Source: Ilumatobacteraceae bacterium (GTDB lineage Bacteria > Actinomycetota > Acidimicrobiia > Acidimicrobiales > Ilumatobacteraceae). Taken from it: DNA of 31,527 nt. Of this stretch, positions 16,146-25,110 are shown one piece after another; position 1 is the stretch's first letter, and every line of letters starts with the position of its first letter. A program made the translations under genes and the position numbers. The notes beneath the pieces were generated by a model that saw only the letters and a list, made by a program, of their open reading frames with translations, was not told the origin of the DNA and did no database searches. Location of the stretch: the NCBI GenBank assembly GCA_043758005.1, contig JAYVOI010000034.1, positions 1 to 31,527 of the forward strand, read 5' to 3'.

Positions 16146-16832
16146 ATGAGTGCCCGTGTCTTGATCGCCGACGATGATCGGGCCATCCGCGACGCACTGA
16201 CCCGGGCACTCGTGCTCGAGGGCTACGACGTCGTGCAGGCAAGTGACGGCAACATGGCGCTGTCGGTGATCGAGTCGACCCAGCCCGATGTGGCCATCCT
16301 CGATGTGATGATGCCCAACATCGACGGGCTGACGGTGTGCCGTGTGCTGCGTGCCGAGCGCAACCGCCTTCCGGTGCTGATGCTCACCGCTCGCACCGAG
16401 ACGCCTGATCGTGTCGCCGGTCTCGATGCCGGCGCCGACGACTACCTCGCCAAGCCGTTCGACCTCGACGAGTTGCTGGCCAGGCTGCGGGCGTTGTTGC
16501 GACGGACACGATCGAACGACGACCCCGACGGCGATGCCGTGCAACTCGCCGATCTGCGGCTCGACCCGACATCGCGTCGGGTGTGGCGCGGCGAGCGCGA
16601 GATCGAACTGTCGAAGACCGAGTTCGACCTGCTGGAGTTGCTGCTGCGCAACCAGGGAATCGTGCTCGACCACTCGACGATCTACGACCGCATCTGGGGC
16701 TACGACTTCGGGCCCGACAGCAAGAACCTCGCCGTGTACATCTCGTACTTGCGACGCAAGCTCGAGCTGCCCGGCGAGAACAAAGTGATCCACACCGTTC
16801 GCGGTGTCGGCTATTCGGCACGGTCGATGTGA
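16146..16832 (+). CDS. OmpR-family response regulator (MprA-like)
   Basis: LIADDD, ILDVMMP (phospho-Asp), LMLTAR, GADDYLAKPF, winged helix ending IHTVRGVGY. Confidence 0.95.
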   Translation: MSARVLIADDDRAIRDALTRALVLEGYDVVQASDGNMALSVIESTQPDVAILDVMMPNIDGLTVCRVLRAERNRLPVLMLTARTETPDRVAGLDAGADDYLAKPFDLDELLARLRALLRRTRSNDDPDGDAVQLADLRLDPTSRRVWRGEREIELSKTEFDLLELLLRNQGIVLDHSTIYDRIWGYDFGPDSKNLAVYISYLRRKLELPGENKVIHTVRGVGYSARSM

Positions 16833-18304
16833 GCCTGCGACTCAAGATCGTCGCCGCGCTGGTGTTGTTGGCGGCGTCCGCCACCGCGGCCGTCGGCGTG
16901 TCGTCGTACGTGTCGACGCGTCACGAGTTGAACGAGGTCGTCGACCGATCGCTGCGCGACGCCGCAGCCAACCCGGTGCAGCTGTTGCGGTTCTTCGGTC
17001 GCGGCCCTGGATTTGGCGGGCCGGGTCGTGGAGGCTTCGACCCCGATACCGACGGCGACGGTCTTCCGGCCGTCGCCCCGCCGCGAGTGTTCGACTCGGT
17101 ACTGGCCCAGATCATCGGCGCCGACGGTGCCATCGTGCGGTCCCCGCAATCGGGCGAACTGCCCGTCGACGATTCGGATCTTGCGGTGGCCAGCGGAACG
17201 AACACGGGAATCACCGAGCCCCGCGATGTCACCGTGGAGGGCGAGGCCTTTCGCATGCTGACCATCCCCGTCGACGGCGGGGGCGCAGTGCAGATCGCCC
17301 GATCGGCTCGCGAGACCCAACGGGCGCTGGCGGTCATCCGCGAACGAACGTTGCTGTCGGTTGCCTTCGTCATCATCGGCGCGGCGTTCCTCGGCTGGTT
17401 GATCGGCCGGCAGGTCACCCGCCGCCTCGTCCGCCTCACCGAGGCAGCCGACGACGTCGCCGAGACCGGTCGCCTGGATGTCGAAGTGCCGGTCAGCGGA
17501 TCCGACGAAACGGGTCGTCTCGGCAAGGCGATGAACGGGATGCTCAGCGCTCTGGCGCGCAGTCGGGAGCAGCAGCAGCAGCTGGTGCAAGACGCCGGCC
17601 ATGAGTTGCGCACGCCGTTGACGAGCCTGCGCACCAACGTTGCCGTGCTGCGCCGCATGGACAACCTGGCGCCAGAGGCCCGCCAGCAACTGGTCGACGA
17701 TCTCGACAGTGAGACCAAGGAGCTGACTGCGCTGGTCAACGAACTGGTCGAACTGGCGACCGACCGGCGCGACGACGAGCCCGAGCAGGACTGCGATCTG
17801 CACGCGCTGTGCGAGCAGGCCGCGGCGCGGGTTCGCCGCCGGACCGGTCGCGAGATCACCGTGACCGGCGGCGACTCGCTGGTGAGCTGCCGCCCAGCGG
17901 CGATCGACCGGGCCGTGGTCAACCTGATCGACAACGCCGCCAAGTTCAGCGTCGACGGGGTGATCGAGGTCGCCGTGCACGACGGTCGGGTGGCGATCAG
18001 CGACCGCGGACCCGGCATTCCCGAGGACGATCTCTCCCACATCTTCGATCGCTTCTACCGATCGGTTGCTTCGCGTAGCCTGCCCGGCTCGGGCCTCGGC
18101 CTGGCGATCGTGCGCGACATCGTCGAGTCCCACGGTGGCACCGTGTTCGCCGAGCCTCGAGCCGGTGGAGGCAGCACCGTCGGCTTCACTCTGGCCACCC
18201 TCCCGGCGGTCACCGGCGCCGCCCCGCCCCCGGTCGTGCCCCCCATCCCGGACCCGTCGCCCGCAACCGGCTCACCGGTGCCCGCCTGCCCTCCCTCCGC
18301 CTGA
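16829..18304 (+). CDS. Sensor histidine kinase (MprB-like, HAMP-HisKA-HATPase_c)
   Basis: Two TMs, HAMP (DETGRLGKAMN), H-box DAGHELRTPLTSLR, NLIDNAAKF, DRGPGI, IFDRFYR, GSGLGLAIV. GTG 16829 overlaps the regulator stop. Pro-rich tail. Confidence 0.93.
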   Translation: MSLRLKIVAALVLLAASATAAVGVSSYVSTRHELNEVVDRSLRDAAANPVQLLRFFGRGPGFGGPGRGGFDPDTDGDGLPAVAPPRVFDSVLAQIIGADGAIVRSPQSGELPVDDSDLAVASGTNTGITEPRDVTVEGEAFRMLTIPVDGGGAVQIARSARETQRALAVIRERTLLSVAFVIIGAAFLGWLIGRQVTRRLVRLTEAADDVAETGRLDVEVPVSGSDETGRLGKAMNGMLSALARSREQQQQLVQDAGHELRTPLTSLRTNVAVLRRMDNLAPEARQQLVDDLDSETKELTALVNELVELATDRRDDEPEQDCDLHALCEQAAARVRRRTGREITVTGGDSLVSCRPAAIDRAVVNLIDNAAKFSVDGVIEVAVHDGRVAISDRGPGIPEDDLSHIFDRFYRSVASRSLPGSGLGLAIVRDIVESHGGTVFAEPRAGGGSTVGFTLATLPAVTGAAPPPVVPPIPDPSPATGSPVPACPPSA

Positions 18305-18354
18305 AGCGTTGGGAGTCGGAGGCCCCGTCGCGGGGCCGGAGTTGCCAAACGCTT
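18304..18354. terminator. Putative bidirectional terminator between convergent genes
   Basis: Inner GGCCCCG-TCG-CGGGGCC stem (18321-18337) inside outer AAGCGTT...AACGCTT arms. Confidence 0.4.
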
Positions 18355-18368
18355 GGTGAGCGGGTGGA

Positions 18369-19403
18369 TCAGCGGGGAGGTCGAATCTCGCCGGAGCCGC
18401 GGGTGATCATCGCGGTCGGCACGATGTAGGTCTGCGTTGGCGACCGATCGCCGTCGAGTCGAGCGAACAACGTCGTCGCTGCCTGGCGCCCGATCGCCGC
18501 CGGATCCTGGGCGAGCACGGTGATGGCCGGGTCGAGGAGGTCGCTCATCGGCACGTCGTCGAACCCGACGAGGGCGATGTCGTGATGTTTCCCGGCTGCA
18601 CGGAGGCCGCGCACGACCCCGATCGTCACCAGGTTCTGGGCGGCGAAGATGGCCGTCGGGGGTTCGTCGAGCGACAAGAGATCGAGCGTTGTCGCGGTCG
18701 CGTGTTCACTGTCGAGGATGTCCTGCCGCACGAGGTCAGGCTCGACGAAGACTCCGTTCGCCTCGAGTGCATCGGCGTATCCCCGGCAGCGCTCGGCGGC
18801 CGTGACAATCGATCGCCGATCACCGAGAAATGCGATGCGCCGGTGGCCGTGCGCCATCAGGTGCTTCACGCCGCGGTGGGTTCCGTCGCGATTGTCCACC
18901 AAGACGGCGTCAGCGTCGAAGAAGGCCGGGGGGCGGTCGACGAAGACGATCGACATCCCCATTCGGCGCTCCTCGACGAGGTAGCTGTGGTCGTGGCTGG
19001 CGGGCATCATGATGAGGCCGTCGACGCGCCGCTCGGCGAACGCCTCGACGAGCTGACGTTCCCTCGCCGGGTCTTCGTCGAGACTCGATGCCAACACGAC
19101 GACGCCGCGGCGTGAGGCGATCTCTTCGATCGTGTGATGCACAGCGGCGTCGAGCGGGTTGGCGACGTTCGATGCAATCATGCCGACGGAGCGCGTCTTG
19201 CCGTCGCCGCGACGAAGGCTGCTCGCAGTCAGATTGTGGCGATAGCCGAGGCGATCGATGGCCGAGCGGACTCGCACACTGAGCTCGTCCGACACTCCCG
19301 ACTCGCCGTTGACCACCCGAGACACCGTCTTCAAGCTGGTGCCGGCAAGCGCGGCCACGTCGCGAATCGTCGGTCGGGGCCGCGCGTTGAGGGAATCAGA
19401 CAC
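18369..19403 (-). CDS. LacI-family transcriptional repressor
   Basis: HTH TIRDVAALAGTSLKTVSRVVN, hinge ASSLRRG, RVDGLIM, GHRRIAFLG, PTAIFAAQN, VGFDD. Likely start GTG 19403. Confidence 0.95.
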   Translation of the reverse strand: MSDSLNARPRPTIRDVAALAGTSLKTVSRVVNGESGVSDELSVRVRSAIDRLGYRHNLTASSLRRGDGKTRSVGMIASNVANPLDAAVHHTIEEIASRRGVVVLASSLDEDPARERQLVEAFAERRVDGLIMMPASHDHSYLVEERRMGMSIVFVDRPPAFFDADAVLVDNRDGTHRGVKHLMAHGHRRIAFLGDRRSIVTAAERCRGYADALEANGVFVEPDLVRQDILDSEHATATTLDLLSLDEPPTAIFAAQNLVTIGVVRGLRAAGKHHDIALVGFDDVPMSDLLDPAITVLAQDPAAIGRQAATTLFARLDGDRSPTQTYIVPTAMITRGSGEIRPPR

Positions 19404-19406
19404 GAT

Positions 19407-19417
19407 TGACAACGTTG
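19407..19417. promoter_or_regulatory. Secondary LacI-type operator overlapping the repressor's own promoter and start
   Basis: TGACAACGTTG gives 11 contiguous matches to the palindrome at 19497. Minus-strand TTGACA (19440-19435)-N17-CAACGT overlaps it. Confidence 0.6.
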
Positions 19418-19496
19418 GTCGTCATTGATCCACTTGTCAAGAAATAGGTCCACGAACACGGCCCTTGACAAAGGTCTGCTGGTTGTGGCTGAATTA

Positions 19497-19510
19497 TGAC
19501 AACGTTGTCA
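19497..19510. promoter_or_regulatory. LacI-type operator, perfect 14-bp palindrome TGACAACGTTGTCA
   Basis: Central CG with A/T flanks as in LacI-family operators. Lies downstream of TTGACA (19465-19470) and upstream of the sugar-binding protein gene. Confidence 0.8.
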
Positions 19511-19551
19511 AAGACAGCGTCCGTCCCAAACAATTTCCGAGGGGGAGATAC

Positions 19552-20691
19552 ATGACTGCAATGACTTCACGTCGCGGCGTGATCCGTACCGCCGTTACCG
19601 TCGGTCTTGCCGCATCGCTGGCTCTGGCTGCATGTGGCTCCGACACGAAAAGCTCGACAGCGACCAACGCGCCAGGTGCGACGACTGCTCCTGGGGGCAC
19701 GACTGGCGGGTCCGGGGGAACCGTCGGTGTGTCGCTGATCCTGAAGAACCTCAGCAACGCATTTTTCGTCTCGATGCAGAAGTCCGCCGAGGCTGCTGCG
19801 TCGAAGATCGGTGTCTCGCTGACCGTCGCCGCCGGCAAGGAAGACGGGGACACCGCCACCCAGATCTCCGCGATCGAGGCTGCCGTCGCCAAGGGTGACA
19901 AGGGGATCCTCATCACGCCGACCGGCGACGCAGTCGTGCCGGCCCTCGACGCCGCCCGCAAGGCCGGCCTGCTGGTGATCGCGCTCGACACGCCACCGAA
20001 TCCGGCAACCGCAGTCGACATCACCTTCGCCACCGACAACTACAACGCCGGGCAACTGATCGGTCAGTGGGCAGCGGGGCAGCTCGCCGGCAAGAAGGCC
20101 ACCATTGCGATGCTCGACCTGTTCAACGATCAGGTCGTCTCCGTCGACACCGGTCGTGACCAAGGCTTCCTGAACGGCATGGGCATCGTGAAGGCTGAAG
20201 ACAAGACCGGCAACGGCAAAGAGCCGGCGACCGGGAAGTACTCGGGCGGCGATTACGAAGTTGCGTGCCACGAGCCGACCAAGGGCGCAGTCGACGGCGG
20301 CAAGTCCGCCATGGAGACCTGCCTCGCCAAGAACCCCAACATCAACGTGGTGTACACGATCAACGAGCCCGCCGCCCAAGGTGCGGAGGACGCGTTGAAG
20401 GCTGCAGGCAAGGATGCTGGTGTGCTCATCGTCTCGGTTGACGGTGGCTGCAAGCCCGGTCTCGAACTCGTCGCCAGCGGCGTCATCGGCGCCACTGCAC
20501 AGCAGTACCCGGGCAAGATGGCGACACTCGGTATGCAGGCCATCAAGGACCTCGCCGACGGCAAGCCGGCACCGGCCGTCAGTCCCGGTCTGGACTTCTA
20601 CAACACGGGCGTCGCACTGGTGACCGACAAGGCAGTCGCCGGTGTCGACAGCATCTCGGTTGCCGACGGTCAGAAGATCTGCTGGGGCTGA
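19552..20691 (+). CDS. frcB: Sugar (fructose-type) ABC transporter substrate-binding lipoprotein
   Basis: Lipobox LAACG, VIALDTP, TFATDN, RDQGF, VVYTINEPAA, SVDGGC, VIGATAQQYP, TGVALVTDK and C-terminal CWG, as in FrcB-type proteins. SD GAGGGGG. Confidence 0.85.
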   Translation: MTAMTSRRGVIRTAVTVGLAASLALAACGSDTKSSTATNAPGATTAPGGTTGGSGGTVGVSLILKNLSNAFFVSMQKSAEAAASKIGVSLTVAAGKEDGDTATQISAIEAAVAKGDKGILITPTGDAVVPALDAARKAGLLVIALDTPPNPATAVDITFATDNYNAGQLIGQWAAGQLAGKKATIAMLDLFNDQVVSVDTGRDQGFLNGMGIVKAEDKTGNGKEPATGKYSGGDYEVACHEPTKGAVDGGKSAMETCLAKNPNINVVYTINEPAAQGAEDALKAAGKDAGVLIVSVDGGCKPGLELVASGVIGATAQQYPGKMATLGMQAIKDLADGKPAPAVSPGLDFYNTGVALVTDKAVAGVDSISVADGQKICWG

Positions 20692-20712
20692 CGCTCCGAC
20701 GAATTAGCATGC

Positions 20713-20743
20713 ACGGCGGGGCGGTACAACACCGCCCCGCCGT
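20713..20743 (+). terminator. 13-bp stem-loop between binding protein and permease genes
   Basis: ACGGCGGGGCGGT-ACAAC-ACCGCCCCGCCGT. This position is typical of hairpins that stabilise the SBP cistron. Confidence 0.65.
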
Positions 20744-20789
20744 TGCTGTCTCTGCTCACGCATCACCGCAACTGAACCAGGGGGTTCCG

Positions 20790-21824
20790 ATGGAGGCAAT
20801 CGACGCGTCCAGCGTCACAGCATCGTTCGACCAACCGCGCGGCCCCTTGGCACGCGTGCAGCACATCTTGCACAAGTACCCGGCAGTCAGCCCGGCGCTG
20901 GTTCTGGTGCTGTCGGGCGTCGTGTTCTCGTTGCTCGGCAAAGGCCGCTTCGACCGATTCGACACCTTCGGCATCATCCTCCAGCAAACGGCGGTCCTCG
21001 CCGCAGTGGCCATTGGTCAAACGGTGATCATTCTCACCGCCGGCGTCGACCTTGCCGTTGGCACCGCAATGCTGCTGACTCACCTCGTCGTTGCCAAGGT
21101 CGCGGTCGACCACGGGGTTCCGGGTTTTCTCGCCCTCCTGCTCGGCGTCGTGGTCGGCGTCAGCCTTGGTGCATTTCATGGCGGCCTCGTCACCAAGATC
21201 GGCCTGCCGCCGTTCATCGTCACGCTCGGCACGTTCTACATCTTCAACTCGCTCGGCTTGGTGTACAGCAAGGCCCAGACGATCTCCAAAGAAGAATTGG
21301 GAGGAGAACACTCGCTGCTGCTGTGGACGGGCAGGCAGATCTCGCTCGGATCGATGAAGATCACGACGGGTGTGCTGCTCGTGCTGGCGATGTACGTCGT
21401 CTTCGCGTTCATCCTTGCCAACACGGCGTGGGGCCGGCACGTTTACGCGACCGGTGATGATCGCGAGGCCGCCCGACTGGCCGGCATCAACGTCAACCGC
21501 GTCCTGCTCAGCGTGTACATGGTCGCCGGGCTGATCTACGCAATTGCTGGCTGGGTGCAACTCGGACGCTCGTTGTCGGCCAGCAGCAACGCCGCAACCG
21601 ACATCAACCTCGAATCGATCACTGCTGTCGTGATCGGCGGAACGAGCCTGTTCGGTGGCCGTGGACGGTTGTGGGGAACACTGATCGGTGCCCTCATCGT
21701 GACCGTGTTCAAGATCGGCCTCAGCCTGGCAGGCGTCAATCCCTACTACCAGAACTTCGCGATCGGGGCCCTGATCCTGGTCGCAGTAACGTTGGATCAA
21801 TGGATCCGGAGGGTGGGCAAGTGA
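20790..21824 (+). CDS. frcC: Sugar ABC transporter permease (RbsC/FrcC family)
   Basis: GQTVIILTAGVDLAVG, LPPFIVTLGT, WGRHVYATGDDREAARLAGINV, SITAVVIGGTSLFGGRG. Start ATG 20790. Confidence 0.88.
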   Translation: MEAIDASSVTASFDQPRGPLARVQHILHKYPAVSPALVLVLSGVVFSLLGKGRFDRFDTFGIILQQTAVLAAVAIGQTVIILTAGVDLAVGTAMLLTHLVVAKVAVDHGVPGFLALLLGVVVGVSLGAFHGGLVTKIGLPPFIVTLGTFYIFNSLGLVYSKAQTISKEELGGEHSLLLWTGRQISLGSMKITTGVLLVLAMYVVFAFILANTAWGRHVYATGDDREAARLAGINVNRVLLSVYMVAGLIYAIAGWVQLGRSLSASSNAATDINLESITAVVIGGTSLFGGRGRLWGTLIGALIVTVFKIGLSLAGVNPYYQNFAIGALILVAVTLDQWIRRVGK

Positions 21825-22609
21825 GCTCCGTTGACGATCGTCTCCAGCCCATCCTGTCGGCGCGTGGCCTGGTGAAGCGCTTCGGACGGGTGACAGCGCT
21901 CGTCGACTCCAACCTCGAGTTGTACCCGGGTGAGGTGCTCGGCGTCATCGGCGACAACGGCGCCGGCAAGTCGTCGTTGATCAAGTGCCTCTCGGGTGCC
22001 ATGGTTCCCGACGAGGGTGAGATCGAGCTGGAAGGCCAGCGGGTGCATTTCCGTCGGCCCTCCGACGCGCGGGCCGCGGGGATCGAAACCGTTTACCAGA
22101 CCCTCGCCGTCGCGCCGGCTCTCGACATCGCCAGCAACATGTTCCTCGCCCGCGAACGCCGCCGCCCCGGTCCGTTGGGAACGTGGCTGCGCATGCTCGA
22201 CACGTCGGGCATGCGTCGCGAGGCGCGCAAGACCATCCAGGATCTCGGCATCGGCACCATCCAAGACATCACCCAGACGGTCGAGACGTTGTCGGGCGGT
22301 CAGCGCCAGGCCGTTGCCGTCGCTCGCGCCGCCGCCTTCGGCAGCAAGGTTGTCATTCTCGACGAGCCGACCGCTGCGCTCGGCGTGAAGGAATCGGGAC
22401 TGGTGTTGCAGCTGATCAGGGATCTTCGTGACCGGGGTCTTCCTGTCATCTTGATCAGCCACAACATGCCTCATGTGTTCGAGGTGGCCGACCGCATTCA
22501 CATCCAGCGATTGGGGCAGCGGGTTGCTGTTGTCACCCCGAAGTCGCACACCATGGCAGATGCGGTCGCCATCATGACGGGCGCAGTCACCGTCGATCAC
22601 GCGGCCTGA
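21821..22609 (+). CDS. frcA: Sugar ABC transporter ATP-binding protein (single NBD)
   Basis: GDNGAGKSS, VYQTLA, LSGGQRQ, VILDEPT, ISHNMPHVFEVADRIHIQRLG. GTG overlaps the permease stop. Confidence 0.88.
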   Translation: MSSVDDRLQPILSARGLVKRFGRVTALVDSNLELYPGEVLGVIGDNGAGKSSLIKCLSGAMVPDEGEIELEGQRVHFRRPSDARAAGIETVYQTLAVAPALDIASNMFLARERRRPGPLGTWLRMLDTSGMRREARKTIQDLGIGTIQDITQTVETLSGGQRQAVAVARAAAFGSKVVILDEPTAALGVKESGLVLQLIRDLRDRGLPVILISHNMPHVFEVADRIHIQRLGQRVAVVTPKSHTMADAVAIMTGAVTVDHAA

Positions 22610-22622
22610 ACCCGCCACCGAG

Positions 22623-23540
22623 ATGATCGTCGTCGGGGGGGAGGCGTTGGTCGACCTGGTGATCGACCCCGACGGTTCGGTCATAGCGAAGCTGGGCGGC
22701 GGGCCGTTCAACAGCGCGCGGGCGATCGGCCGATTGGGGAGCGATGTCGCGTTCCTCGGGGCGTTGTCGCACGACCGCTTCGGCACGCTGCTGCATCGTC
22801 AACTGCTCCACGATGCAGTGGATGACTCGTTCGTGCAGTTCACCGACATGCCGACCACGTTGGCCTCGGCCGAGCTCGACGATCAGGGTGCCGCCACGTA
22901 TCACTTCTATCTCACGGAAACTGCTGCACCGAACCTCCATCCGCTGACCTTGCCGATTGGCGTACGGGTCCTCCACGTGGGGACCCTCGGTCTGGTCCTC
23001 GAGCCGATGGCGTCGACGTTGGAGACGATCGTCAACTCCTGCGACGACGACGTGCTCGTGCTGCTCGACCCGAACTGCCGCCCACGGGTCACCAGCGATC
23101 GGCTCGGGTACATCGCGCGGTTGCAACGGATGTTGCGGCGCGCGGATGTCGTCAAGGTCAGCACAGACGATCTCGAGTTCATCACCCCCGACGACCACGC
23201 TGCAGGAGTGAGGATGATGCTCGAGTACGGCGCGCATGTCGTCCTGCACACCGACGGTGGCCGCAGCGTGCACATCCACTGGGCGACGGCCGAAGTCGAA
23301 GTACCGGTTCCTGCCGTCGAGGTCGTCGACACCATCGGTGCAGGCGACGCGTTCGGCGGAGCGTTTGCGGCGTGGTGGGATCAAGCCGGCCTCGGTCGGC
23401 GCGACCTCGACGATGGCAGCGCGCTGCGCGCTGCAGTGGCTGCTGCGGTCGAGGTTGCCGCCGTCAGCTGCACACGCGTCGGTGCGCAGCCGCCGCGCCG
23501 CGACGAGCTCGGCGACAGGTGGAGGCCGACCGGTTCGTGA
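22623..23540 (+). CDS. PfkB-family carbohydrate kinase (probable fructokinase)
   Basis: GEALVDL, GGGPFNSARAIGRLG, LDPNCRP, VKVSTDDL, PfkB signature VDTIGAGDAF. Confidence 0.88.
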   Translation: MIVVGGEALVDLVIDPDGSVIAKLGGGPFNSARAIGRLGSDVAFLGALSHDRFGTLLHRQLLHDAVDDSFVQFTDMPTTLASAELDDQGAATYHFYLTETAAPNLHPLTLPIGVRVLHVGTLGLVLEPMASTLETIVNSCDDDVLVLLDPNCRPRVTSDRLGYIARLQRMLRRADVVKVSTDDLEFITPDDHAAGVRMMLEYGAHVVLHTDGGRSVHIHWATAEVEVPVPAVEVVDTIGAGDAFGGAFAAWWDQAGLGRRDLDDGSALRAAVAAAVEVAAVSCTRVGAQPPRRDELGDRWRPTGS

Positions 23541-24157
23541 TCGAGTTGTCGGTTGCCGACGCCGTCGAGCGCGCCGCCACCCTGGCCACCGGCGGCCGGA
23601 CCATGCTCGGCCTGGTCGGTTGCCCGGGCTCGGGCAAATCGACGTTGTCCGCAGCGATCACTGCTCGTGTCGCGTCGAGTGTCGTGGTGCCGATGGACGG
23701 GTTCCACATGTTGAACGACGACCTCGTACGACTGGGCCGGCGCGATCGCAAGGGTGCGCCCGACACGTTCGATGTCGACGGGTATGTGAGGCTGCTCGAG
23801 CGTGTCCGCCGACAGGACGCAACGCATGTGGTCACCGCACCGCGCTACGACCGGGCAGCGAGCGCGCCGGTGCCGGGCGCCATCACCGTCGAGCGGGATG
23901 TTGCGTTGGTCGTCACCGAGGGGAACTATCTGTTGCTCGAGTACGAGCCGTGGAGTGCAATCCGCCCGCTGCTCGACGAGGTGTGGTTCGTCGATGTCGA
24001 CGAAGCGGTTCGAGTGCCGCGGTTGGTCGCTCGCCACATCGAGTTCGGCAAGACACCCGACGAGGCAGTCGAGTGGGTGATGCGCTCCGACGAGGCGAAC
24101 GCCTTGGTCGTTGCCGCGACGCGCAGTCGGGCCGACGCAGTGGTGCGCGTGGATTGA
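23537..24157 (+). CDS. frcK: P-loop kinase of the FrcK/YggC (PanK/uridine kinase-like) family
   Basis: GCPGSGKST, PMDGFH, KGAPDTFD, EGNYLL, LVARHIEFGK, SDEANA. GTG 23537 overlaps the kinase stop. Confidence 0.75.
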   Translation: MIELSVADAVERAATLATGGRTMLGLVGCPGSGKSTLSAAITARVASSVVVPMDGFHMLNDDLVRLGRRDRKGAPDTFDVDGYVRLLERVRRQDATHVVTAPRYDRAASAPVPGAITVERDVALVVTEGNYLLLEYEPWSAIRPLLDEVWFVDVDEAVRVPRLVARHIEFGKTPDEAVEWVMRSDEANALVVAATRSRADAVVRVD

Positions 24158-24174
24158 CCCGTGGCCTCGACCCG

Positions 24175-24211
24175 TGTCGCTCCGAGGTCGCTCAGCGACC
24201 TCCCAGCGACA
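24175..24211. terminator. Interrupted hairpin between convergent operons
   Basis: TGTCGCT-CC-GAGGTCGC-TCA-GCGACCTC-CC-AGCGACA (7+8 bp stems). Confidence 0.6.
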
Positions 24212-24246
24212 AAGGTCAGGCGATGGCGGCTTGAATCGGGATGTGC

Positions 24247-24340
24247 GTGGAGTGTCTGGCGCCTACCTGGGTGCCTTCAAACACTCCACAGGCCTGTGTG
24301 GAGTGACCGGAGTCCACCTGGGTGCCTTGAAACACTCCAC
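24247..24340. repeat. Two 43-bp direct repeats, each with GTGGAGTG...CACTCCAC terminal inverted arms (REP/MITE-like)
   Basis: 24247-24289 and 24298-24340 are identical at 37 of 43 positions, with 51-bp period and an 8-bp linker. Confidence 0.85.
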
Positions 24341-24405
24341 GGAGTCGGGGTACCCAGCAAGACTGCTGTCGGCGCTGAGGCTTGACCGAAGCGGACCCGT
24401 CGCGG

Positions 24406-25110
24406 TCACGGAACTGGTCGCAGCGCCTGGTCCTGCTCGGCGACGTGCAACGCGCCGCTCATGATCGCGACCACGTCGTCGGGGGCGAACACTACAGGGC
24501 TGACGACAGCGGCTCGCTTGCCCAGGCATTGCACGTGAATGCGGTCGGCGATGTCGAAGACCTGAGGGATGCTGTGTGACACGACCACGATCGGCAGCCC
24601 ACCCCGACGCAGGTGATCGATCAGCTTCCTCACGGCGATCGACTCGCGGGCACCGAGTGCCGCGGTCGGCTCGTCGAGGATGATCACCTTGCTGGCGACC
24701 TCGGCCGCCGACTTGCGCAGACCCTTGCTCTCCATCCAGGTGAAGACCGTGCCGAGCGGCCCGGGCGCGCTGGGCTCGCGATCGCGGTACAGGTTGTTCT
24801 TGAGATCGAGCGCAGGTTCCGCCTTGAGCGATTGGTAGACCGCGTTCACGCCGGCCATCCGACCGTCTCGCGCATTGCGGAACTGCGTCAACCTGCCGTC
24901 GAGGCGCACGACACCCTCGTCGGGGGGTTCGGCGCCCGACAGGCAGCGGACCAGGGTCGACTTGCCCGACCCGTTGTCGCCGACGACGGCCAGCACCTCG
25001 CCGGGATACACCGCGAAGTCGACGTGGTCGAGCGCCACCACCGTTCCGTACCGCTTCACCAATCGTTCGCCCTCGAGAGTCGGCAGGGTCGGGACGCCGG
25101 GGTCGCTCAT
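24406..25110 (-). CDS. FrcA-like ABC ATPase lacking the signature motif (degenerate or pseudogene)
   Basis: Walker A GDNGSGKST, Q-loop VYQ, Walker B IILDEPT and H-loop VVSH are present. About 35 aa including LSGGQ are absent relative to the paralog at 21821. Confidence 0.8.
   Translation of the reverse strand: MSDPGVPTLPTLEGERLVKRYGTVVALDHVDFAVYPGEVLAVVGDNGSGKSTLVRCLSGAEPPDEGVVRLDGRLTQFRNARDGRMAGVNAVYQSLKAEPALDLKNNLYRDREPSAPGPLGTVFTWMESKGLRKSAAEVASKVIILDEPTAALGARESIAVRKLIDHLRRGGLPIVVVSHSIPQVFDIADRIHVQCLGKRAAVVSPVVFAPDDVVAIMSGALHVAEQDQALRPVP

Noticed and set aside
24247-24340. Possible mini-CRISPR array
   Set aside because: Only two units, an 8-bp spacer, imperfect repeats and no cas genes in the window.
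24161-24579. Small ORFs spanning the terminator and repeat region
   Set aside because: They translate the hairpin and repeats, lack convincing starts and show no motifs.
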